From a virus (lineage: Duplodnaviria; Caudoviricetes), in IMG/VR virus record IMGVR_UViG_3300020045_010460, positions 7,800-71,799 of that record: a DNA stretch of 64,000 nucleotides. One strand, written 5' to 3'. This document shows positions 31,338-42,072 of the stretch, in pieces; the first letter of the stretch is position 1, and each line of letters begins with the position of its first letter. The notes under the pieces are model-generated. The model was not told the DNA's origin. It saw nothing but the letters and a program-made list of their open reading frames with translations, and did not search any database. The position numbers and the translations under genes were made by a program.

Positions 31338-33257
31338 TTATAGTTTAGTGATTGTAGACTTACTAGTTAAATGAAATCTATCACAATAAGGGCAGTGATA
31401 ATACCTTGTAGGTATAAGTCTTTTCCATCCTCGCCAATCATTTAATTCTACAATTCTGTGTAATTCTGTTCGGGCTTCATCTTCTGTGTCAAAAGCTATT
31501 TTTGTGCAACTTTCCATATTCATAACTCTTTTAATTCACCAATTTTTATATTATAATCTTTATACTCAAGCCGCAAAAGAAGATACAACAGAAAAGATTC
31601 TGAATAATCTAACTTACCTTTACGATTTTGAGTTATTTTAAACTCATCACCATTATTTTTCAAACTGAAAGCTAATGTACCTCTTGTATTTAAATTCCAA
31701 CACTCAGATTGATTGTAATATATAAAATAATTACCATCTTCTTCTATGAGGTTGTATTCGCTGTTATCGTCTAGACTAACTGTTTTCATAGTTTTATTTT
31801 CTTGTCTGTTAAAAATTCAACCAATAGCTGTTTAATTCCCACTTTATCTTTGGCTATATGCATTAGTTGACTAATAGTACATCTCTGTAATTCTTTTTCA
31901 ACTAATGGATTTTGTAACCAAGAAGTCGAGTTGCCGTCTTTATCTGTAAACTTTATCATAATTAATCTTTTAAATATTTATATACTATTTGTCTTAATCT
32001 ACTAGGACTAAGTTGAAATTCTCTGTTTTTATTTTTATTGCGTGGAATTGCTATCAAATTATTCCAAATGTCTTGTATTAGTTCCTCTCTTTTTGTCATT
32101 TTATCAAATCTATTATAACTTCCTCTTTTAATTTTCCTGTACAAATAGCTAATATTTCACTGAATTCAAAAGCAGTCAAACAGTCTTCGCTTAAAGTATC
32201 CACATTTTTAAGATACTCTTTTGCATTATTAATCATCATTTCGTAATATTTCATTATATTTTTATTTTAAGTTATTTTAATTCTTCGTTTAAACATATAA
32301 AAAAGCAAAGTACAAACCAAGTTAAATGTACTCTCCAAGCCACAAAATCTAAAATTTGACCATCATAAAAATACTTAACAGTAAAACCAGGCAGATTAGA
32401 AATAACATCAGTAAATCCGCCAAAAAGAATTGAAAGTAAAACAACAGTAAAAACGGCTGCTAAATAAGGAGCTAATATAAGTAAATACAGTTTAAAACTC
32501 CAAAATAGTGTGTTGAATATTTCTTTATATGGTAACTCAAACCACATACTGAATATATCTTTAAATATTTGTTTCATACTTCTTCTACTTTTACAATTAA
32601 TTTATACTTGTCTTTAGGAGTAAACATTTCACACATTCCTGAGTTAAAATCAAAATAAGTAATGCTAGGAGTATAGTTTTCTTCTCTTAAAGTATCTTCA
32701 TAAGCTAAAGCACATCCCCAAGCTAATTGTTCAGTAATTGCTCCTTTTCCTACTTTTATAGGGTCTTCCAAGAATCCAAATTCTTTATGATTACCGTTCC
32801 AAGGATGCTTGTTAATATTTAATAAAAGCACACAATTCTTACAAGATTCTTCCATATTATTTGCTTTAAATATTCAATAATTATCTATAATGCTTTTAAC
32901 TCTCAAAGATTCTTCTAAAAGTTTTTTATCTTCGTCCGCTTTAATCCTATCCTTTAACTTAGTCTGTGTTTTAATCTCATCTACTAAAATACTAATAACA
33001 TCTTTTTCAACTTTAGGATTATGGTGAATCCAATTATCCCACCTACTTGAGCCACTTTCTGTGCCGTCATATACAAGAATACCTTCTATATACACGCAAA
33101 ATCTTTTACCATAAACAGGATTATCTGTTGAAAAAGATATTCTTAGTTTACCGTTTTCAAATCCAAATTCTTTATTGAGTAGTAACCAATATTTTCTCAT
33201 AATTTTAAGTTTTTTGCCGCGAAAAAGAATTAAAAACAGACTTTTCAACAGCAACAT
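31338..33257 (-). CDS. Cluster of small hypothetical proteins (31338-31523 with YxCxxCxxxHLTS zinc-ribbon-like motif; 31520-31789; 31962-32144; 32272-32577 membrane protein; 32574-32855; 32874-about 33200)
   Basis: Packed minus-strand ORFs. The last probably starts at MRKYW (about 33200), downstream of a promoter and leader motif. Confidence 0.5.
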
Positions 33258-33300
33258 TAATACCCTACAAAGATAGGCATAACAAATAACATAAACAAGA

Positions 33301-33333
33301 AAAAAGGCTAAAGATTTTACTCCCTAGCCTTTA
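33301..33333 (-). terminator. Terminator after the A1-like gene
   Basis: Minus strand AAAGGCTAGGGA-GTAAAA-TCTTTAGCCTTT followed by Ts. Confidence 0.7.
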
Positions 33334-33355
33334 TTTAGAATGAAAATAAATAACA

Positions 33356-34942
33356 TTAAAAGAAAGTAGTATATCTTCCTCTAGTAATATGAATATGTTG
33401 AGCCTTTCCGTTAGGATAAATAACAACATTAGAAACTGACCACGAGGACATACCTAAATTGTATCCCATACGCAGTTTAGTTAAAGTTCCAACAGATAAA
33501 TGACCGTCCATCTTAACAGCAGTATGGCTATGCCCAGTAATATTTCTTACATTTAGATTTTTAAACTGAACTGCTGAGCCACGTGTTCCCGATGCGCCCT
33601 TGCACCCATGTAAAGATAATTCCCAACCTAAAACACTGTAAGATTCATCTACACCTAAACATTTCACGTTACTGAATTCGGTTTCCAATATATACGCGGT
33701 TATTCCTTTAGGAGCTAAGCCTTCTGCTGTGATATTTGCATACTTTAAATATAATTTTTTATTTCCGTCTTTTCTCCAGTCTTCATTTTGTAACCACCTA
33801 TCTATGAAGTCATTGTGATTTGCAAACGGGACAATAAAATTATAATTAGGTCTATCTCTTATCCAACTTCTCATATAATCAATTTCTTTTTGTAGAGAAT
33901 TAGAGCCATCTTCTTCTCGTCTTAATAGTTGAAAAGGATTTCTTTTTTCGTGATGAGAAATACTAGAGTGGTCAATTATATCGTGTAAAACAACGTGTTT
34001 AGGATTAAATCTCCCTAACATATCAAAAGAAACATCTACATTTTCCTTATCTTCCGCTGTCAAATGTATATCCCCTAATACAGCAACTTCTATTCTGTCA
34101 TTATCGTGTACAATCCCATTGATAAGCCTATTATTCAAATCGTAGAAGTTTCCATTTTTTTCGGCGACAATTTGACGAATATGGAAAATATCTCCATCAA
34201 GCTCCACAATTACACATCCCATAATGTGATTAAATTCACTACTTTTACCTATTTTTGTGTCAGTGTAGTTTTCAACAGTGCAAGCTCCTGTAGTTAGTAA
34301 AACCTTACTTGGATACCCATCTAAAACAGGGAGAAACTTTAAATGACTTCTAGGATGCCCCACAATACAACTTTCAAGCCCCGTAAGACCATTTAACGAC
34401 GAAAGGGGTGTAGAAGCTGTAGGTTGAATTTTAACGTCAGATAAGACCACTAAATGCTTATGCAGATTATGGCGATTAGCATCTAAGTAAGGTAACACTG
34501 AATTATCCCAAGTATTCTTTACATTCTTTTCCTTATCTTTTAATGCTTTACTAGAAGACAGAGATGTTGGTGATTTGTAACGTCCCGCAATTATAAGTAC
34601 TTCAGCATCAATATATTCCGCATAAGCTTCCATATTTTTAAGAAACCCTTTATGAACGCTTGTATCACTTTGAGCCCAAGAAACTAAAAAACGGTTTTTA
34701 GAAGTGTCGTGTTGTTTATTCTGCGCTTCTTTAAATACGTCTGTTTCTTCTATTGTAGCAACATTATTTGTAACACCTGCTTTTTGCATTATTTTTCTAA
34801 ACCTTCTACCTACAGTTTCGCTGTAATTTAGGTTAAATTCTAAACACATCTTCATAGCAGAACGAGTTACATTTTCTCCGTTTTCTACAAGATTCTTTAC
34901 AAAAGCTATATGCTCTTCGGTATATTTTTTGTTTTTACTCAT
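33356..34942 (-). CDS. T5 A1-like protein (calcineurin-like metallophosphoesterase/DNase)
   Basis: WAQSDT, IQPTASTPLSSL, TTGACTVENYTDTKIGK..EFNH, VELDGDIFHIRQI, then GDIH, HDIID, NHNDF, LHG, GHSH metallophosphoesterase motifs; 528 aa. Confidence 0.75.
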   Translation of the reverse strand: MSKNKKYTEEHIAFVKNLVENGENVTRSAMKMCLEFNLNYSETVGRRFRKIMQKAGVTNNVATIEETDVFKEAQNKQHDTSKNRFLVSWAQSDTSVHKGFLKNMEAYAEYIDAEVLIIAGRYKSPTSLSSSKALKDKEKNVKNTWDNSVLPYLDANRHNLHKHLVVLSDVKIQPTASTPLSSLNGLTGLESCIVGHPRSHLKFLPVLDGYPSKVLLTTGACTVENYTDTKIGKSSEFNHIMGCVIVELDGDIFHIRQIVAEKNGNFYDLNNRLINGIVHDNDRIEVAVLGDIHLTAEDKENVDVSFDMLGRFNPKHVVLHDIIDHSSISHHEKRNPFQLLRREEDGSNSLQKEIDYMRSWIRDRPNYNFIVPFANHNDFIDRWLQNEDWRKDGNKKLYLKYANITAEGLAPKGITAYILETEFSNVKCLGVDESYSVLGWELSLHGCKGASGTRGSAVQFKNLNVRNITGHSHTAVKMDGHLSVGTLTKLRMGYNLGMSSWSVSNVVIYPNGKAQHIHITRGRYTTFF

Positions 34943-36781
34943 TTATTTTAAATATTTATCTTTTATAATTAAGTCCCAATAACAAATCTTCTCTTCTACA
35001 CCATCTGTATATGTTTTCCATTGACAGGAGTAATTTTCTCTTGCTTGTTTTATTCTTTCTTTGCGCGATTTTGATTTATTGGTCTCTTTTGAATAATAAA
35101 GCCAACATTCCCAATAGTGAATATCATTCTCAGGTATAAACATTAAAGCAATTTGATAACCAAAGCAAACAAAACTCCACATTGGATTCCATTCGTATCT
35201 ATAATCATCCCATTTTGTCTTCCAACCTAAATCCACAAAATCAAAACCTATTATTTTAGGTTCAGAAAAACTACACTTCATCTTTTCTTTGAAGATTTCT
35301 TCATAAGGTTTTATAGTTCGAGCGTAATTAGGATTCATTTTATTATAACTTTCTTCTCGTTTTATATAATCTTCTGTAGCCTTATGAGCTCTTTCAGGAG
35401 TTGCCTTAACCCAACGACGCGGTAAAAACCAAGGGCATCCTATGGCAACTTTTCCTAGGTACAATTTTGGTATTATAGGTTTGAAAGGAGAAAAGTAAAC
35501 CTTCATCCACTCAAAGCTTCTAAGAAACCAATATAGTTTTGAGTATTTATATTTCATTTTGCAGTAATTTTATTATTTCCAATTGTTTTTGCGGTAAAAG
35601 AGATAAAAACAAGTCTGTCATTTCTTCAAGATGCATTTCTGTAACTATATCAAGAGCTTCTTTTGTACCAAATCTTTCTGAATACTCTTCCTTAATATCC
35701 CAGTCATCAAAATCTTCCAAAGTTTTTTCTTCATCACAATCGCAATCCCCTTCATCAATCATACTAAGCTTACTTTCGGCATAATCTTGAATATAGTAAT
35801 TGGGAATTAATTCTAATAAATTCGCCCACTCTTCACTATAAAATAAATTAACTATTTCTGCTGCTTTCTTGGTTTCGCGCGACAAAAGAAGATTAAGAAC
35901 ACTATCTGTAAAATCCATTTCTTCAATTGTTAATTTCCATTCTCTATTTATGAGCTGTTTAAATTCCTCAATCTGTTTTTCTTTTCTTAGTGTCATAACT
36001 GCTCTCTTATATTAAATGAAAATTGTAATGGTGTTAACTCTTTATTCTTTTTCATAGCTTTTTTCGCCCAAATTAATTCGTTTTCAAAATCTTCTCTATG
36101 TGCAAAATAGTCAGAGGCTAATAACGGTAATACCCAATTCACAGAGTCTTGATTAAATATAGCTTTAGGGAAGAAATTTAAGCTCCCTTGAACATATTCG
36201 ACAGTTAATTTATCTTCATTACCAACAACCATATCGCAAGTCTTATTTATATCAAAAACAGCTTTTAATCTGCCACTTTTGTCATCTTTATACCAAAGCG
36301 CAACATTTTCATAGGGTTTAGTCCAACCTAAGTCTTTGACAATGTTATCAAATTTTTTCATAATCAATAACTTGTTAAAATAATTGTTTTTAATTTTATA
36401 TTTTCTGCGTGACATTTGGCAACATCCAGAGAATCATAGGTGGCTACAAATTCCCAGCATTTTTTGACAAATGGAATATGGCTTTTTGACTCCCTTTCTA
36501 ATAAGAATAAACTAAATTTTTGTTCCATTTTTTAAGTATAATTTTAATAATTGTTCTGTTGTATATTCTATTCCTAATTTATTACAAAACCATTTTTTAT
36601 CCTCACTCCAATATTTTAAAGAGTAATTTTCGGCGCAAAAAACAGTAAAAGCGACAGAAAAATCTTTACAAATCTTAATAACTTTACCTGTGTGGTCATA
36701 CTCTAAAGGTTCATCATTATAGCAGTCCCAATATTTAGTGTGAGGATTGATATCTTCAAAAAGTTTTTCTTTATTTGTCAT
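34943..36781 (-). CDS. Hypothetical proteins (34943-35557, 35547-35996, 35993-36415, 36512-36781)
   Basis: Packed minus-strand ORFs; no recognised motifs. Confidence 0.5.
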
Positions 36782-36923
36782 AATTCTACAATCTTAATAG
36801 TTGGTTTTCTTTCTTGATTACAAAGATAGTTATTATCTTTTACATTTCCTAATATTTTCACTAAATTTTCAGTTTTATAATCTTTACAATATAGAAAGTA
36901 CTTCTGTTTAAAATCTTTTTTTA

Positions 36924-37841
36924 TCATTTTTTCTTATATTCGGCGGGATGATTTAAACCTTTTAAAAACATTTGTTTGGCAGTCGCTTTATAACCACTCA
37001 AGTTTTTATTCATATAGTTATTTCTTTCCACGGCACTTATTAAGCTGTCATAAGCTAATTCTTCTCCAATATAATTTGCCGCTGCCCAACCACCTATCAA
37101 AAAGGAAATCCCTAACAATTGTGGATGTGCGTTGTTTTCAATTCTATCAATTAGAAAATCAATACTTTTTTCAACTTCTTGCTCTAACTGTTCATTTATG
37201 TCAGATGGAATTTCAAAATCAATAGGAGCATTAATATCAAAAAAGTTAGTTTTATTACCCCTTTGTGTCCATTCTTCTGCATCTTCTCTAATTAAAATTT
37301 CCCTATCATAAGACAAAAAAGTTGGTAAAACGATATTGTAGTTGACACCATCGAAGCCTTCATATTGAGACAGATAGTAAGCCAACCCACAAAAATATTC
37401 TTTGTACTCTTCAACTGACCTTGGCTTCCTGATACGTACCAAAACCTTCAATCCACGACCCGAAGGGCTAATCCAAGCAGCAATAACAGATTTTAAATTG
37501 TTAAATAACCGTTCTTTTAATTCTTTTGCGTGGTCAATCTTATCAAATTCCACCAACATCACGGGGTTATAATCAATAATATTGATAAGTCCTCGTCCAC
37601 CACCATCCAATTTTACAGAAGGGATAAAAGAATATAAATTATTTTGTTTTAGACTATCTTTTAACTTTAAATCTCCATTTTTAGCGGCTATTTTAATCTG
37701 CTCAATAATATTTACCGTAGACTGCTTTGGAGTCCTGTGAACGTACAAAAATTGCCTTAAAGTGAGTTCTCCGAGTGGCTGTGCTTCCCAAATTCGGGCG
37801 GGAAAAAACTGAAAAGAAACAGAATCAATAAAATTACTCAT
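36924..37841 (-). CDS. BT4734/VirE-N-like primase-polymerase-type protein
   Basis: FIPS, YNPVMLVEFDKID, AAWISPSGRGLKVLVRI and FLSYD motifs. Confidence 0.65.
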   Translation of the reverse strand: MSNFIDSVSFQFFPARIWEAQPLGELTLRQFLYVHRTPKQSTVNIIEQIKIAAKNGDLKLKDSLKQNNLYSFIPSVKLDGGGRGLINIIDYNPVMLVEFDKIDHAKELKERLFNNLKSVIAAWISPSGRGLKVLVRIRKPRSVEEYKEYFCGLAYYLSQYEGFDGVNYNIVLPTFLSYDREILIREDAEEWTQRGNKTNFFDINAPIDFEIPSDINEQLEQEVEKSIDFLIDRIENNAHPQLLGISFLIGGWAAANYIGEELAYDSLISAVERNNYMNKNLSGYKATAKQMFLKGLNHPAEYKKK

Positions 37842-40077
37842 TTTTAATCAATATTTTTTCTAAATAATACTCCGAGTTCTCAGTTTTAAATCTAACAAAA
37901 TTTCTGCCCTCTTCTAAAATATCTGTAACTTCTGTTGTCATCCACGTATATGAAATAGAAAAGGGACTCATTATTAAACTTCTACCAATTGCAGGAGAGC
38001 TGTGTTCTTTACTAAACTTACCATTCTCATCAAACTCAACCCACTTAATTCTTTTACTTTCTTTAGTTAGACCATCTGTTCTTGTAAGTTTATAATAGAA
38101 ATCTACACTTGAAGGCGAAGCTCCTAACCATATTGAATTACGAATAGCTTGTTTCTTCCATTTTGGAAATCTTGATGTTCTTAAAATAGACTCTAGTATT
38201 TCTTCTTGTTTTTCTTGTGCCAAAAAGTAATCATCGAACCAACCTTCTTTTTTAGTTGTTCCATCTTCTATAAGCTTGTCTATATCAACACCAATTTCAG
38301 TATATAAGGCTCTGTATATTTTTAGCATTAGAGCCTCTTCTTTTTTAGTTGCTTGCATTATAATTTCAGTCTATAGTTTTTCTCTTTTAACCAATCTTCA
38401 AGTTCATATAAAAGTTTCACTCCTTCACTTTCTATGTTTTTTGCGCGGCGAAAGTCATAGAACACTTTATTCCAAGAAGTAGGAACTTCAGTTTCTTCAC
38501 ATTCCATAGCAATTCGGCGCAAAAATAAAGAACACAAATCACTTGCTGAAATATTACCATATTGAACAGCTCCCATTAAATACCCACCAAGTCTTTCTTT
38601 AGCCTCTTTTAGCTCATCTGAACCCTCTTCTGTCAGTTTCATTAAATACTGTGTCAAATCGTCTGTAAATGATTCTAATGCAGCTATAGTAACTACATCA
38701 ACAGGTCTTTTCAAATCTCCGACTTTCCAAACTAAAGAGGTGGTACTTTTACTATAAGGTTTTGATTGGACTAACCAGATACCATCCTGCATATCGTGTC
38801 TTACGTCGTAACCACACTCTTCATATCTTCCTTTACTGTTCTTTCTGTATAACTTTTCCAATATCTATGATTTTATTTGTTTCTAAATTCTTTTTCCGCC
38901 ACAAAAAACTTTAAATATCTATTGTTAGGTCTATGTTCATTTTCATAAACTATAATAGCATCAAGCCAACCATCATTAATGTCTTTTAATATTACATATT
39001 TTAAAGGCTCATCTCCGTTTACTCCGCGACCCCCTCTAGATAAATATTCTCTAATTACTTCGTGTGGCGCATCGTCATATAAAGATAAATCTTCAGCCTC
39101 TACAATATTTATAGAGCGTCTTACGTAATCCTCACATCCACCATCAAGCATATATGTTTCTCCATTTTTATCTAAATGTGTTACAAAATCGTGTCTGTGA
39201 CGTGATTCAAGAACTGTTCCGTCGGGGGTTCTTATTGCACTGTATATTAATCTCTTCTCCATAATATTTTATATTTTCTTGTATTCTCACTACTGTAAAA
39301 CACCACCCACATTTCTGATTTATGAATGTATTCAATTTCTGGTTTATATCTTTGAATTAGATATAACAGTACGGCTAAAATTATAATTGCTGTCATCTTT
39401 CTTCAATTTTATTTATTACTTCTATTTCTATTTCTGTTATGTCAGACATAGAAAATAAATCATAAATATCTACATCTGAATCTGTTGCATATATTTCATT
39501 TACAGCAAATGAACTATAACTCATAGGTAATCCTGATAAGTCGCTGTCATATCTGTATCCCTTTTCTTCTGCTGTGTAATCTCCTTCTATTCTTAGGGGA
39601 ATGCTTCTGTATAAAATTTCTATTTCTTTCATTTCACTAAGTTTTTTAATTCTTTCACTCTCTGTTTTTTATGTTCCGAGTCTATATATTTATCTGTTTC
39701 TAACTCTTTTATGCGCAAAAAAATAAAATCAACAGAAATATACTGTAAATCATCACTATATATCTTATCAGCACACCAAGAGATACCATCTAGTTCATTA
39801 AAGTCATCGCACATTTCGGCATTATCTTCTAATCCTGTTTGTAAGTAGATGAATTTTGGTTGATTTCTCATACTAAATTATTTAATCGTTCTATAATAAT
39901 ATCAGTTTCTTCATCACTCATCATAGGTAAACTTTCAAAAACTCTGTCAACTATTAAGTCATAGTACAATTCTGTAATCTTCCAATCAGGAGTATCATTA
40001 TAATGTTTATCTCCGTTTTTAGTGTAGTGGTCTAGCCACCAATCAAATGTCTCTATTAATTCTTTATCGGTTATCAT
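37834..40077 (-). CDS. Hypothetical proteins (37834-38358, 38358-38861, 38873-39262, 39393-39632, 39629-39871, 39868-40077)
   Basis: Overlapping stop/start ORFs; 38873-39262 has a conserved-looking SRHRHDF...DGG motif. Confidence 0.5.
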
Positions 40078-40672
40078 ATATCTTCTCCTCTTTTCAAGCG
40101 TTTAATTTTAAGCTTTAATTCATCTACCATAATTAAATGTAAACTACTACCTACATTTTCAAATCTATTTACCACTTCTTGTGATTTCCAAGATTTAAGT
40201 TCTTCTTTTAGCTTGTCCACTTCATTCATAATATCTCTTATTTTAACACTTCAATTTGTAGTAAACCTTCATAATATTCAATATTATCTCTTAATTGCCG
40301 CTCTCTCTTAAATTCATACCAACTCAAATTCCTTAATTGAATATTAAAATCTTCTATTGTTTGTTTATAAGCTTCTATCATTTTTCTTTATTTTATTCTA
40401 CAAATATACAACTAATTTTCGGGGAAAACAAAAATTTCCGCAAAAAAGAATAAAAAACAGCTTATTTATAATGATTCTAAATAATAATTCAACATATCCT
40501 CATCAGAAAAGCCAAACCATTTATCAGCATTCTCCTGAGTGTCATTATCTCTTAACCATATTGCAAATTTAATTGCTGTTTCTTTTGTTATCATAGTTTT
40601 TAAGTTTTTTACCGCAAAAAAGAATTAAAAACAGTCTTTTCAACAGCAATTCTATACAAAGATACAAATAAA

Positions 40673-40708
40673 AAGAAGATTCACAAATATAACTTCGTGA
40701 ATCTTCTT
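40673..40708 (-). terminator. Terminator after the 40712 endonuclease
   Basis: AAGAAGATTCAC/GTGAATCTTCTT perfect 12-bp stem, with a T-run on the minus strand. Confidence 0.75.
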
Positions 40709-40711
40709 AAT

Positions 40712-41944
40712 TTATAATGAGTCTAAATAAGAGATGATTTCTTCTACAGGTAAATCTGTTGTAAAGCATTCTGTATATCCAGCAAAAGTGAGGTTTGGAA
40801 AATACTGATATGGTTTATATTTTTTATGATGCTCTTTCTCTAAATCCCAAGTACAACCTGCATCACACTTGTATTCATATATTATCTCATAATCATAAGG
40901 TAGGGCATATTTTCCACCAAACCTTGTTTTTATTCCTTGAAAAGTTATTCCAATTTTGTAAAAATTCTCATTTTCTCCTGTTAGTTTTATAAGATACAGT
41001 ACACCATCTCTACCTTTAGCTTGTTTTACATAGTCCGATTTACCATAACCCCCATTTTCTTTTCCACATATAGGGCAACCTTCACCACCTAAATGTCCAT
41101 TAGGTTTTTGCCAAAATGTACCGTGACCTTCTACATTACACCTTATTTCTAGTTTTTTCAAAGCTGATAAATAGATGGATTCAGAGTAGTCATAAGTATT
41201 TTCACCGTGGGTTTTATTAGCTTTAATAATAAAGTCTTTTATATTGGAGCGTAGCGAATTTGCGATAGCTATTTGCCCACAAGCAGGACACCCCCTTCCA
41301 CTTAAAATCCAATTAGGTTTTGTGTTATAATCACCGTGAAGTCTACATTTTACAATTGTGTAATTTAGAGCTCCACTATATTCTGTTTTTGAAAAATCAA
41401 GATGGTTAAAGTTATGTAATTTTTTATATTTATTTATATTGTATAGTTCTGGGAATACTGCTGTCTTTATATTGGGTGCAACTCCAGACAACAATATGGC
41501 AACACTTACTTTACATATACCAAACTCATCTTGAGTAAAAAGTTTTTCGTGTTTTATTTGACGACCTTTAAATCCTTTGGATAATATTTTAAAACCTCTG
41601 TTTGGATTTACCTTATCTAATCTTTTTAAGAATTCTTCAAATGTCATCCTTTTACTGTTTCTACAACTTTCGTCACCACAATTAAAACACCCTTTTCCCG
41701 AACCAAGGTGATTATAAAAAGAAGTTTCTAATCTTCCGTGAGCTTTACAAATAATTACACAAGGGTCTATTTTCTTAGATATAGTTCCGACTTCACTATA
41801 ATCAAAATTATCCCCAAACTTTTTTATTGATTGGTTAATCCAATACTGTGTTACTTCTTCATTGGTCATACCAATTGTAGGGTTGTGCTTTGTCCTCTTA
41901 AAATCTTTCATTTTGGCGTATAAAATAAAAATCCCCATCACCAT
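40712..41944 (-). CDS. Endonuclease with repeated zinc-binding units (Y-D-Y-S...C-x2-HG...GCPxCG) and a C-terminal GIY-YIG/T5orf172-like domain; probable homing endonuclease
   Basis: Several xDYS...CxxHG...GxGCxxC repeats; LYLIKL...FYKIGIT, LEKEHH, GYTECF. Probable start is MKDFK. Confidence 0.7.
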   Translation of the reverse strand: MVMGIFILYAKMKDFKRTKHNPTIGMTNEEVTQYWINQSIKKFGDNFDYSEVGTISKKIDPCVIICKAHGRLETSFYNHLGSGKGCFNCGDESCRNSKRMTFEEFLKRLDKVNPNRGFKILSKGFKGRQIKHEKLFTQDEFGICKVSVAILLSGVAPNIKTAVFPELYNINKYKKLHNFNHLDFSKTEYSGALNYTIVKCRLHGDYNTKPNWILSGRGCPACGQIAIANSLRSNIKDFIIKANKTHGENTYDYSESIYLSALKKLEIRCNVEGHGTFWQKPNGHLGGEGCPICGKENGGYGKSDYVKQAKGRDGVLYLIKLTGENENFYKIGITFQGIKTRFGGKYALPYDYEIIYEYKCDAGCTWDLEKEHHKKYKPYQYFPNLTFAGYTECFTTDLPVEEIISYLDSL

Positions 41945-42072
41945 AAAAGAGTTTTCCGAGAACTCAAATACAATAACAGGGTAAAATTTATAACTTTTAA
42001 TGTTAAATTAAATCTCGGAAATATAACTTAACGAGCGCAATGTACAACATTAATTTTACATTTCCAAATAAC

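Larger units (their letters stand above)
33203..40649 (-). repeat. 52-bp direct repeat (33203-33254 and 40598-40649), 49/52 identical, forming 5' leaders
   Basis: Direct alignment; each copy lies between a TATCTTTG box and an ATG. Confidence 0.85.

Noticed and set aside
41950-42035. TTTCCGAGA/TCTCGGAAA inverted repeat upstream of the 40712 endonuclease
   Set aside because: A 9-10-bp stem with a long AT-rich loop; possibly regulatory but too weak to support.
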